Part shown: positions 1-7,790 of the stretch, piece after piece
How positions within the stretch are numbered: position 1 is the stretch's first letter
Layout of the letters: the number at the start of each line of letters is the position of its first letter
Assembly (NCBI GenBank): GCA_043778225.1
Contig: JAYWGM010000057.1
Span: forward strand, 1 to 20,891
Source of the DNA: Deinococcales bacterium
GTDB lineage: Bacteria; Deinococcota; Deinococci; Deinococcales; JAAFIG01
Length of the DNA: 20,891 bases
Reading direction: 5' to 3'
Notes under the pieces: generated by a model
Seen by the model: the letters and a program-made list of their open reading frames with translations, nothing else
The model's database searches: none
What the model was told of the DNA's origin: nothing
Position numbers and translations under genes: made by a program

Positions 1-168
1 CCGTGCTTTATCCTCGAGCAGCACAAAACGCCACGGTTGCGAATTAAAATGACTCGGCGCTCGAGAAGCCGCTTCCATCAGGGTTTTTTGGTGTTCACGA
101 CTGACTGGACGCGGGTCAAATGGTCCATTGGTGGTTTTGCGGTTCTGTAAAACTTCAAAAAAGTCCAT
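1..168 (-). CDS. Nitroreductase family protein (5' part; runs off window)
   Basis: Not in ORF track. The minus strand reads [56 protein letters not shown], with the nitroreductase APS-x-x-N-x-QPWRF motif. RBS AGGAG at 180..176. Confidence 0.9.
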   Translation of the reverse strand, partial: MDFFEVLQNRKTTNGPFDPRPVSREHQKTLMEAASRAPSHFNSQPWRFVLLEDKAR

Positions 169-222
169 GGCAATGCTCCTGATGACATTCTACTTGTTTC
201 AGGTGCTTTGTCATGTCCCTGT

Positions 223-522
223 TCAACTTGGAATCAGCAAGCCAACATAGCCAAAAAGACCAGTCAAGGTTAAAACCGCATGGATTCTCGTGCCACCCTT
301 AAAACGTGGCAACACAGCCAAACAAAGCAAAGTCGGAATCAGAGACCACCAGCGCGAACTCGAGAGGGCGCTGGCAATTGCACTGACAAAAACACAAAAA
401 TACAGTGCATGATGCAGCCACTTGGCACGCCGCAAATGGTACAAACGCAACTGCAAACCTAGTCCAAAGCCCAGATTAACCAAGTACAAGCCCATACCCA
501 GCCACGGTGTCCAAATCGGCAT
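223..522 (-). CDS. Small hydrophobic membrane protein (99 aa), unknown function
   Basis: 3-4 hydrophobic segments (LGMGLYLVNLGFGLGL; HHALYFCVFVSAIA; LTLTGLFGYVGLLI). Start moved from 651 to ATG 522 because TATAGT lies 7 nt upstream. Confidence 0.7.
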   Translation of the reverse strand: MPIWTPWLGMGLYLVNLGFGLGLQLRLYHLRRAKWLHHALYFCVFVSAIASALSSSRWWSLIPTLLCLAVLPRFKGGTRIHAVLTLTGLFGYVGLLIPS

Positions 523-680
523 ACCATAAACTATACTGTGCAAGTGTGATGGATGACCAAACCACCTCAATTTATGGTGTACAATTCTTAAAGCACTGCT
601 GTCCCCTCCCAGATAGCAGTGCCTTTTTTTGGATGAACTTTTGTCAGACAAAAATCAGGTTCTTGGCATAAAATAAAGTT

Positions 681-1340
681 ATGAAGGCTCGAGTTTTACT
701 GATTGAAGATGATGCGGCTGTTCGGGCATCTCTGGCTCTGGGTTTACGGCTTGAAGGCTTAGAAGTGCTTGAAGCCGAGCGCGGTGTGTCGGGTTTAGCC
801 CTGCTCGAGAGGTTGCCCGATGTGGTGTTGCTCGATATTGTACTGCCTGGAATGGATGGCTTTGGGGTGCTCGAGCAAATCAGGGCGCGTTCGGTCGTGC
901 CAATTATCATGCTGACCGCTCTGGATGAAGTCAGTGCCAAAGTGCGCGGCTTAAAAGCTGGGGCAGACGATTATGTGGTCAAGCCCTACAGTTTGTCCGA
1001 AATTCTGGCTCGAATCGAAGCACTGTTGCGGCGCAGCAAAACCGAAGTTGTCCGCAGTCATTTTGCCGATGTGGTTTTGGATTTTATCACGCTCGAGGCA
1101 CGGCGCAGTGGGCGTTTACTCGAGGTCACACCCAAGGGTTTTAGCTTGCTGCAAGTGCTGTTTGAGCATCCACAACGGGTTTTGGCTCGAGAATCTTTAA
1201 TGCGCTCAGTCTGGGGACAAGAAGTAGACCCCAATACTCTGGATGCTTTAATTGCCAGTTTACGGCGCAGTCTTGGCAGCCCGAATTTAATCCAGACCGT
1301 GCGCGGCGTTGGCTATGCTTTGCGAGTTAGCCCAACATGA
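681..1340 (+). CDS. OmpR/PhoB family response regulator
   Basis: REC motifs LLIEDD, LLDIVLPGMDG, IIMLTA, GADDYVVKP; winged-helix end IQTVRGVGY; TAAAAT 6 nt before ATG. Confidence 0.95.
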   Translation: MKARVLLIEDDAAVRASLALGLRLEGLEVLEAERGVSGLALLERLPDVVLLDIVLPGMDGFGVLEQIRARSVVPIIMLTALDEVSAKVRGLKAGADDYVVKPYSLSEILARIEALLRRSKTEVVRSHFADVVLDFITLEARRSGRLLEVTPKGFSLLQVLFEHPQRVLARESLMRSVWGQEVDPNTLDALIASLRRSLGSPNLIQTVRGVGYALRVSPT

Positions 1341-1388
1341 CCCATGACGTGGCTGGTTCAGCATCCCATGACGTGGCTGGTTCAGCAT
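1341..1388. repeat. 24-bp perfect tandem duplication between response regulator and kinase
   Basis: CCCATGACGTGGCTGGTTCAGCAT at 1341-1364 and 1365-1388; CATGACCC at both 1336-1343 and 1386-1393. Confidence 0.95.
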
Positions 1389-2643
1389 GACCCTGCGTCT
1401 GCGCTTGCTGTTTTGGCTTGCACCATTAGCAGGTATTTTGGTTGGCATGATGGTTTGGTTTGCTTTACACCAAACCACTTCATTGGAATTTGTAAAACTC
1501 AGGGATACCCCACAAATACAAAACTCGATGGAAGCCCCTACGACTACAAAACCAGCCGAAGATTTAGCCAGTCCTGCAACTTCGAGCAGCCTTAATCCAT
1601 TTTGGGTCACCAAACCAGTCACACCGTCAAGCCCAACACCCCAAATCAATGCCGAGCCAGTGATTCCAACACCAAAAAGTACCACTGTTCAACCATTAAC
1701 TCGAGCAATTACCTTAGCGCAATTACAGACTCGACGTGAACCTACTTTGTTGCGTTTTAGTGCAGGACAACTCGAGGAGGTTCGAGCAGGTGACAGTTTT
1801 ACATTTTCCAACCAATCCACCATTTGGCTTGGCGGATTGCTGCTTTTATCAGTGGCGCTGCTGTTTGGTTCGGTTGGGGTACGGCGTTCGCTTGTGCCGC
1901 TCGAGCGTTTTGCTGCTGATATTGCCAGTCGCAATGCCAATCGGCTCGAGGCAATCGCCAGCCCGCCGTTGCCGGAATTAAAACCAGCCGTTCATGCCTT
2001 CAATGGCTTACTCGATGATTTACGCAGCAGCTTATCGCGGGCGCGGCTACAAGAACAAAGCGCTAAACGTTTTGCTTACAATGCCTCGCACGAACTGCGT
2101 AATCCACTGACCGCCGCCCGCAATTATCTCGAGGTTTTAGAGCGCCACCCAAGCGAACCCTTGGCAGCCCAACAAGCCCTTGAAGCGGTGCGTCGTACCG
2201 AACGTGTTTTGGGCAGTTTATTGACCTTGGCGCGGCTCGAGGGGCGCGGACAAGTGACTGGGCAAACGGTGCTGCTGCGCGACTTTTTAGAAGCCAATTT
2301 TGAATTGCCAGTGGTCGGCGAGGCAACCATTCTAGCCGAGCGCGATTTACTCGAGTTAGCAATCGAAAACTTAGTCAAAAATGCCAATGATCATGGGAGC
2401 GGTGCAACTCGTTTTGTGCTGGAAAATAACCGCCAACAAACATGGATTTGGCTCGAGGACGCGGGAATTGGTTTTGCCCCAGAGATACTGCCAACCGTGT
2501 TTGAGCCATTTGTTAAACTTGGCAACGGCACTGGTTTAGGGTTAGCAATTGTGGCAGCGATTGCCCAAGTGCATGGCGGCGAAACTCGAGCCGAAAATCT
2601 TGAAAAAGGCGCACGGGTTGGGATTGGCTTTACTCGTGTCTGA
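1387..2643 (+). CDS. Sensor histidine kinase (2 TM, HAMP, HisKA, HATPase_c)
   Basis: H-box ASHELRNPL, N-box IENLVKNA, DAGIG, F-box FEPF, G2 box GTGLGLAIV; two TM segments flanking a P/T/S-rich extracytoplasmic region. Confidence 0.95.
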   Translation: MTLRLRLLFWLAPLAGILVGMMVWFALHQTTSLEFVKLRDTPQIQNSMEAPTTTKPAEDLASPATSSSLNPFWVTKPVTPSSPTPQINAEPVIPTPKSTTVQPLTRAITLAQLQTRREPTLLRFSAGQLEEVRAGDSFTFSNQSTIWLGGLLLLSVALLFGSVGVRRSLVPLERFAADIASRNANRLEAIASPPLPELKPAVHAFNGLLDDLRSSLSRARLQEQSAKRFAYNASHELRNPLTAARNYLEVLERHPSEPLAAQQALEAVRRTERVLGSLLTLARLEGRGQVTGQTVLLRDFLEANFELPVVGEATILAERDLLELAIENLVKNANDHGSGATRFVLENNRQQTWIWLEDAGIGFAPEILPTVFEPFVKLGNGTGLGLAIVAAIAQVHGGETRAENLEKGARVGIGFTRV

Positions 2644-2674
2644 CTTTGCGGGCAATGCCCTTTTTGACCTCGCC

Positions 2675-2697
2675 GTGACTCGAGCCGCCCGAGTCAC
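2675..2697 (+). terminator. Hairpin after kinase (possible terminator)
   Basis: GTGACTCG-N7-CGAGTCAC perfect 8-bp stem; only a weak T-tract follows. Confidence 0.4.
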
Positions 2698-2710
2698 AAC
2701 ACTTTTAGGC

Positions 2711-2869
2711 ATGACGCACCTAGAAATTTGGCACAGCAAAACCAGATTTGTAATTCGTGTCCCGATTGAAAAAATTCGAGCTGCACTCGAGTCTCGCCCG
2801 AATGGCGAATGGCATTGGCTGGGTGGCGAAAATGGCAGCTGGTGGGCTGGTAAAGAGAAAATTCCATAG
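2711..2869 (+). CDS. Putative small protein (52 aa, Trp-rich)
   Basis: MTHLEIWHSKTRFVIRVPIEKIRAALESRPNGEWHWLGGENGSWWAGKEKIP fills the gap between genes. An AACACT -10-like box lies 7 nt upstream, and the ORF has an in-frame CTCGAG (LE). Confidence 0.45.
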   Translation: MTHLEIWHSKTRFVIRVPIEKIRAALESRPNGEWHWLGGENGSWWAGKEKIP

Positions 2870-2959
2870 TCAAATAAAGTTTTACCAGACAGCTTTTTTT
2901 CTGGGTTTTGGCTTTTTTCTGGTTTGGTCATGTAAAGTAAAGCGGCACAAGGAGGCATT

Positions 2960-3418
2960 ATGAAAAAGTGGTTACTGATTTTTGTGGCGATACTTGGTTT
3001 CTCGAGTCTGGCTGGAGCGCAGAGTTTTTCGATTGGTGGTGGCATTAGTGGTTCGGCAGGTAGCGACATCACCAGCACCCTGACCTTTAACATCATTTTA
3101 GGGATTCAGGATTTAGCGCGAATCGGACCAATTGGCGTGGATGGACGGGTTGAACTCGAGGGACAATTTTTTGGTAGCAGCATTGCTATTGGGGCTGGTG
3201 CAGCCGCATTAGCCACCTTTCAGGTCTCGACCGTGGTGATTTACGGTGGTCCTTCGGTGTTTTTGCCGATTACACCATCTGGAGCATTGCAAATCGGTGC
3301 GATTGCTGGTGTGCGTTACCAAATTGCTTTGGGTTTATCGGCATACGGCGAACTCAAATTGCGCTTTGTCAACCCAATTTTTTGGCGACTTGGTTTTGGC
3401 GTGAGTTACAGCTTCTAA
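2960..3418 (+). CDS. Small outer-membrane beta-barrel protein
   Basis: RBS AAGGAGG; signal peptide ending AGA/Q; alternating amphipathic beta strands; C-terminal GVSYSF aromatic beta-signal. Confidence 0.8.
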   Translation: MKKWLLIFVAILGFSSLAGAQSFSIGGGISGSAGSDITSTLTFNIILGIQDLARIGPIGVDGRVELEGQFFGSSIAIGAGAAALATFQVSTVVIYGGPSVFLPITPSGALQIGAIAGVRYQIALGLSAYGELKLRFVNPIFWRLGFGVSYSF

Positions 3419-3506
3419 ACCTTTAGCTCGAGTTACAGCTTCTAAACCTTTAGCTCGAGTTACAGTTTCTGAACCTTTAGCTCGATTTACAGCTTCTAAA
3501 CCTTTA
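3403..3506. repeat. 27-bp tandem repeat (3 full copies + 1 partial) spanning the junction of two convergent genes
   Basis: GAGTTACAGCTTCTAAACCTTTAGCTC at 3403, 3430, 3457 (2 mismatches) and 3484 (partial); no spacers. Confidence 0.95.
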
Positions 3507-4659
3507 ATCGCTCAAGGCGCGTGGCGGCAGCAGCTATCGTCTCGAGCGATTTACAAGCCGCAAATCGCAAGGCGTTGGGGGCTTTGGCTCTGGTGCTGGG
3601 GTCATAAAAAATCGGTACTGGCATGGCTGCGACACCAATTTCAGAAACCAAATAACGTACAAATTCTTGGCTATTGCTCGAGAAGTTATTGATGCCAGCC
3701 ACAATAAAATAGCCGCCTTGGGGCAGCATCGGGTCAAAGCCAGCTTGCTCGAGACACAAATATAGGGCGTTGCGCTGTGCCAGAAAACGGGCTTGCAGAG
3801 CCGCATAATAGCCATTTTGGGCGGCGGTCTCGAGACAAATCGCAATCGCTTCTTGGACAAAACCAGTCACATGAAACGGTATCCATTGGTGTGCGCCACG
3901 GATTGCATGGCTGATACTTTCGGGAGCAACTGCCCAACCAACCCGCCAACCAGTAACCGAAAAGATTTTGCCAGCACTGCCAACCGTAATCGTGCGCTCA
4001 CGCATTTCGGGTAAGGAAGCAAAACTGATGTGTGGTGCATCGAAGGTAATTCGGTCGTAGACCTCATCAGCAATCACCCAGAGGTCAAATTGGCGCACCA
4101 ACGCCGCAATGCCCTCGAGTTCGGCACGGCTAAAAACCTTACCAGTTGGGTTGTGTGGAGAATTGAGCAGAATCCCTTTGGTGCGTGGTGTAATTGCAGC
4201 TTGTAGTTGCTCGAGGTCAAGCACCCAAGCGCCGTCTTGGGGCAGGAGTTGCACAAAAACTGGAATCCCATCACAAAGCCGAACTTGTGGTGCATACGAG
4301 TCAAACTTTGGCTCGAGTAAAATCACTTCGTCGTTTGGATTGACCAGTGCCACCAGCGCTGCATGAATGGCTTGGGTTGCGCCAACTGTAATCGTAATTT
4401 CGGTCTGCGGATTGACTGCTCCGATTTGTGGCTCAAGCAGGGCAGCCACCGCCTCAAGCAGCCGATTGACTCCTCGCGGGGCGCTGTACTGATGCGAAGC
4501 ACTTTTGAGCGATTCCTCGGCAGCAGCCAGCACAAAATCGGGTGGTGACCAATCTGGGAAGCCTTGCCCCAGATTGACTGCCTGATGTTTTTGCGCCAAC
4601 GCGGTCAGTTCGGTAAATGGATTAGGGCTAAAACCCAAGACTCGAGAAGCAAGCTGCAT
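3496..4659 (-). CDS. PLP-dependent aminotransferase class I/II (YbdL / glutamine-phenylpyruvate / kynurenine aminotransferase-like)
   Basis: NLGQGFPD, NSPHNPTGKVF, ADEVY, PLP lysine motif SAGKIFSVTGWRVGW. Confidence 0.93.
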   Translation of the reverse strand: MQLASRVLGFSPNPFTELTALAQKHQAVNLGQGFPDWSPPDFVLAAAEESLKSASHQYSAPRGVNRLLEAVAALLEPQIGAVNPQTEITITVGATQAIHAALVALVNPNDEVILLEPKFDSYAPQVRLCDGIPVFVQLLPQDGAWVLDLEQLQAAITPRTKGILLNSPHNPTGKVFSRAELEGIAALVRQFDLWVIADEVYDRITFDAPHISFASLPEMRERTITVGSAGKIFSVTGWRVGWAVAPESISHAIRGAHQWIPFHVTGFVQEAIAICLETAAQNGYYAALQARFLAQRNALYLCLEQAGFDPMLPQGGYFIVAGINNFSSNSQEFVRYLVSEIGVAAMPVPIFYDPSTRAKAPNALRFAACKSLETIAAAATRLERLKV

Positions 4660-4664
4660 AAGTT

Positions 4665-4699
4665 TAGTTTAACCGTTCTCGCGCCAAACGGTTAAACTA
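4665..4699. promoter_or_regulatory. Symmetric divergent promoter: 13-bp perfect inverted repeat containing both -10 boxes
   Basis: TAGTTTAACCGTT-N9-AACGGTTAAACTA; each arm contains TAAACT exactly 6 nt before its ATG (4659 and 4705). Confidence 0.75.
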
Positions 4700-4704
4700 C
4701 TCGG

Positions 4705-5310
4705 ATGTTGACCCTTGAAAACAGCCTTGTTCGGCTTGAGCCTATCGCCGAAGCTCATATCCCCCAATTACTGGTAATTGCTCAAGCGACCCCAGAAGTG
4801 TACCGCCTGACCAACGCCCCGAGTACCTTGGCGGGCATGACCACTTATGTAGAAAGTGCCATCCAAGCTCGAGACCAGCGCCAAGCCGTGCCATTTGCGA
4901 CCATCAATGCCAAGACTGGCGAAGTTGTGGGCAGTACCCGCTTTGGCAACCTCGAGTATTGGGCTTGGGCAAACGGCAAGAAAGACATTCCAGATGCCGC
5001 CGAGATTGGCTGGACTTGGTTAGCACCCGCCGCCCAGCGCAGTGGTATCAATACCAACGCCAAATTGCTGATGCTCGAGTATGCCTTTGAAACGTGGCGG
5101 GTGCGGCGCATGACCTTAAAAACCGACGCTCGCAATCAACAATCCAGAAATGCCATTTTACGGATTGGCGCAACTTTTGAGGGTGTGCTTCGCAGCCATA
5201 TGCCAGCCACCGATGGGGGAGTGCGCGACACCGCAATGTTTAGCATTCTCGAGTCTGAGTGGCTGGGGGTCAAAAAGCATTTACTGGCTTTGGCGGCTCG
5301 AACAATGTGA
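4705..5310 (+). CDS. GNAT N-acetyltransferase, RimJ/RimL-like
   Basis: VVGSTRF, EIGWTWL, QRSGINT, DARNQQSRNAILRIGATFEGVLR, RDTAMFSIL motifs. Confidence 0.92.
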   Translation: MLTLENSLVRLEPIAEAHIPQLLVIAQATPEVYRLTNAPSTLAGMTTYVESAIQARDQRQAVPFATINAKTGEVVGSTRFGNLEYWAWANGKKDIPDAAEIGWTWLAPAAQRSGINTNAKLLMLEYAFETWRVRRMTLKTDARNQQSRNAILRIGATFEGVLRSHMPATDGGVRDTAMFSILESEWLGVKKHLLALAARTM

Positions 5311-5320
5311 CCGATTGTCC

Positions 5321-5337
5321 GTAGACTCTTCGTCTAC
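5321..5337. promoter_or_regulatory. Palindromic operator (C-box-like) upstream of XRE gene
   Basis: GTAGAC-N5-GTCTAC, followed by TACGTT 6 nt before GTG 5357. Confidence 0.6.
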
Positions 5338-5356
5338 AAAATTTTACGTTCAGGTT

Positions 5357-5584
5357 GTGAAACCAAAAAATAAAAACTTACTCAAAGATTTTGGGACTCG
5401 AGTTCGGATGTATCGCAAGGCACTTGGGTACTCGCAAGAAGAATTGGGGTTTGAGGCTGGCTTTGACCGCACGTATATTTCTGGGATTGAACAAGGCAAA
5501 CGCAACCTGTCTTTGGTTGCAATTGTGACTTTAGCTACAGGCTTACAAATCACTTCTTCTGAACTCATGGCTGGATTATCCTGA
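5357..5584 (+). CDS. XRE/HTH_3 regulator resembling restriction-modification controller (C) proteins
   Basis: FGTRVRMYRKALGYSQEELGFEAGFDRTYISGIEQGKRNLSL; start placed at GTG 5357 (75 aa) rather than the track's 5150, which overlaps the GNAT. Confidence 0.88.
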   Translation: MKPKNKNLLKDFGTRVRMYRKALGYSQEELGFEAGFDRTYISGIEQGKRNLSLVAIVTLATGLQITSSELMAGLS

Positions 5585-5689
5585 ACATCGAGAAACTTTG
5601 CGCTGTGCCTAGAAAATGTGACATATCGTCAACATAAAGTCAATTTGTCTTATTTCACCCATCTTTATTTACTGTACAATACTCCACTT

Positions 5690-6616
5690 GTGTTGGTCGT
5701 TAAGAATCTGCAAAAACGCTATGAGAAATTCATCGCCGTCCATGATGTCAGTTTTCATGTGCAACGCGGTGAAGTCTACGGTTTACTGGGTCCTAATGGG
5801 GCTGGCAAATCGAGTACTATTCGGGTTTTATCCTGTCTTGCTAAACCCGATTCGGGTTCGGTCCAAATAGATGGCTTTGATGTGGTGCGCGACCAAGCCA
5901 AAGTCAAGCGCTCGATTGGTATTGTGCCACAAGAATTTGCGCTCTACGATGATTTCTCGGCGCTCGAGAACCTGATCTTCTTTGGGCGGCTGTACGGTAT
6001 GGCTGGGCGTGAACTTAAAGACCGTGCCAACGAATTGCTCGAGGCGGTTGGCTTGCTCGAGCGTGGGCGTGAGGCAATTGGCACGTTTTCGGGAGGCATG
6101 AAGCGCCGCATCAACATCGCGGCTGGCTTAATGCACCGACCAAAAATGCTCTATTTGGATGAACCAACGGTTGGCATAGACCCACAATCGCGGCGAAAAA
6201 TCCTTGATTTGGTCAAAACCCTGAATGCTGGCGGTCTGACTGTTTTGTACACCACCCACTATATGGAAGAAGCCGAAGAACTATGCCACCGCATTGGAGT
6301 GATTGACCAAGGCAAAATCATTGCCGAAGGAACGCTGCCACAGATGCGGAATTTGGCTGGCGAAACTGCGCCGATTCATCTCGAGTTGCGCGAACCCTTA
6401 TCGGCTAAGCACCTCGAGCAACTCAAAACCTTGGTGGATGAAGTAGTGAGCCAAGACAACACCGTCACGCTTTTTACTCGAGACCCCAAGGATGCCTTAT
6501 CAAGTATTTTGCAAATGTTGTCTGGTTTTGGGGCGCACGTCCATCATTTAGAACTCGATGAACCAGACCTCGAGACGGTTTTTTTGAAATTAACTGGGCG
6601 GAGATTACGTGATTAA
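5690..6616 (+). CDS. ABC-2 type exporter ATP-binding protein (DrrA/LnrL-like)
   Basis: Walker A GPNGAGKS, signature FSGGM, Walker B LYLDEPT, TTHYMEE; start likely GTG 5690 after TACAAT. Confidence 0.95.
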   Translation: MLVVKNLQKRYEKFIAVHDVSFHVQRGEVYGLLGPNGAGKSSTIRVLSCLAKPDSGSVQIDGFDVVRDQAKVKRSIGIVPQEFALYDDFSALENLIFFGRLYGMAGRELKDRANELLEAVGLLERGREAIGTFSGGMKRRINIAAGLMHRPKMLYLDEPTVGIDPQSRRKILDLVKTLNAGGLTVLYTTHYMEEAEELCHRIGVIDQGKIIAEGTLPQMRNLAGETAPIHLELREPLSAKHLEQLKTLVDEVVSQDNTVTLFTRDPKDALSSILQMLSGFGAHVHHLELDEPDLETVFLKLTGRRLRD

Positions 6617-7790
6617 CGTTTTATGGGTGATTGCCTCGCACGACCTTTTAAGCCAATTGCGTTCGCGCAGTTTTTTGGTGCAGACTTTATTGTTGCCCTT
6701 TATTTTAACGCTGCTGATTGGTAACGCCATCGGAGGGACGCGCAAAGTTGAGCCGTTGCCAGTGGGCTTGGTTGGCAACGGCGAAATTGCCAAAAGCATT
6801 GGTGCTTTGCTCGAGCAATCCAACCTCGCCAAAGTTTTTACATTGCCCGACAGCCCCAGTGCTGAAAATGCAGTCCGCCTTGGCGAAGCCACCATTGCCG
6901 TGATTTTACCAGAGCGGCTCGAGGTCAAGTTGTTGCGGAACGATAAACTCGAGGTTCGTTTGCTGATAGACCCAACCAGTCATCAGCGTGGCGAAGTCGT
7001 CAAGCAGTTGGTGCTTGGTTATATGCAGCAACTCGAGGCGGCTCGAGCCGCAATTCTTGGCGGGGTGCGAGCCATTGCCCCAAGCAGCGCCCAAGAACTG
7101 CAAAAGACCCTGACAATGGTGCGGCAAAAAGTTGAGAAACAGTACCAAACTGCCAGTATCGAATTACAAACCAAAGAAGCGGCTGGGCGCAGCCAAGGTA
7201 TTTTTGCTTATTATGCAGTTGCCTTTGGCGTAATGTTCACTTTGCTTAGTGCCACCAATGGGGCTGGAGGGGTACTCGACGAACTCGAGCGCGGCACGAT
7301 TCACCGCTTATTGGCTGCACCAGTCACGCCAGTTTTATTGTTGGTCAGTAAATTTTTAGCCCTGTGGCTACTTGGGATTTGGCAATTGGTGGCTTTTGCG
7401 CTTTTCTCGAGCCTGATTTATGGGGTTTCTTGGGGCGCACCACTGGCAGTGCTGCCGATTATTTTGGCAACGGCGGCGGCGGCGGCTGGCTTTGGTGGGC
7501 TGATTATTGGGATTTCTCGCTCGAGGGAACAACTCAATACCCTGTCGTTGGTTTTTGTGCTGGTGATGAGTTTATTGGGTGGTTCGATGTGGCCTCTCGA
7601 GACCTTGCCGGGGGTTGCCCAAATGCTTTCAAGGTTTACTTATAACCGTTGGAGCATCGAAGCCTTTCAACTGACCGCAATTGGCTCGAGCGACCCACAT
7701 TTGTATCTATCGGTTGCGGTCTTGTGTTCAATGGCAGTGGTTGGAGTCGTTTTTGGTGCGTTTCAACTCTCGAGGCGTTTTTCTTCATGA
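6609..7790 (+). CDS. ABC-2 type exporter permease
   Basis: One N-terminal TM, a large extracytoplasmic loop, ELERGTIHRLLAAP and LGGSMWP motifs, multiple C-terminal TMs; overlaps the ATPase stop. Confidence 0.92.
   Translation: MINVLWVIASHDLLSQLRSRSFLVQTLLLPFILTLLIGNAIGGTRKVEPLPVGLVGNGEIAKSIGALLEQSNLAKVFTLPDSPSAENAVRLGEATIAVILPERLEVKLLRNDKLEVRLLIDPTSHQRGEVVKQLVLGYMQQLEAARAAILGGVRAIAPSSAQELQKTLTMVRQKVEKQYQTASIELQTKEAAGRSQGIFAYYAVAFGVMFTLLSATNGAGGVLDELERGTIHRLLAAPVTPVLLLVSKFLALWLLGIWQLVAFALFSSLIYGVSWGAPLAVLPIILATAAAAAGFGGLIIGISRSREQLNTLSLVFVLVMSLLGGSMWPLETLPGVAQMLSRFTYNRWSIEAFQLTAIGSSDPHLYLSVAVLCSMAVVGVVFGAFQLSRRFSS

Noticed and set aside
523..651. N-terminal extension of the 223..651 ORF
   Set aside because: Non-protein-like sequence covering the divergent promoter region; a -10 box points to ATG 522.
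2892..2922. GCTTTTTT(T)CTGG direct repeat upstream of the beta-barrel gene as a response-regulator site
   Set aside because: Low complexity and 19-bp spacing; not distinguishable from chance.
2542..3096. 184-aa minus-strand ORF and the many other antisense or nested ORFs in the track (e.g. 644-940, 1287-1685, 9597-10022, 18783-19103)
   Set aside because: Shadows of well-supported genes, with no motifs or start signals.
3403..3506. Possible CRISPR array
   Set aside because: Units are contiguous with no unique spacers, they derive from gene ends, and no cas genes are present.
5150..5356. N-terminal extension of the XRE ORF
   Set aside because: Overlaps the GNAT gene in another frame; the HTH protein is complete from GTG 5357.
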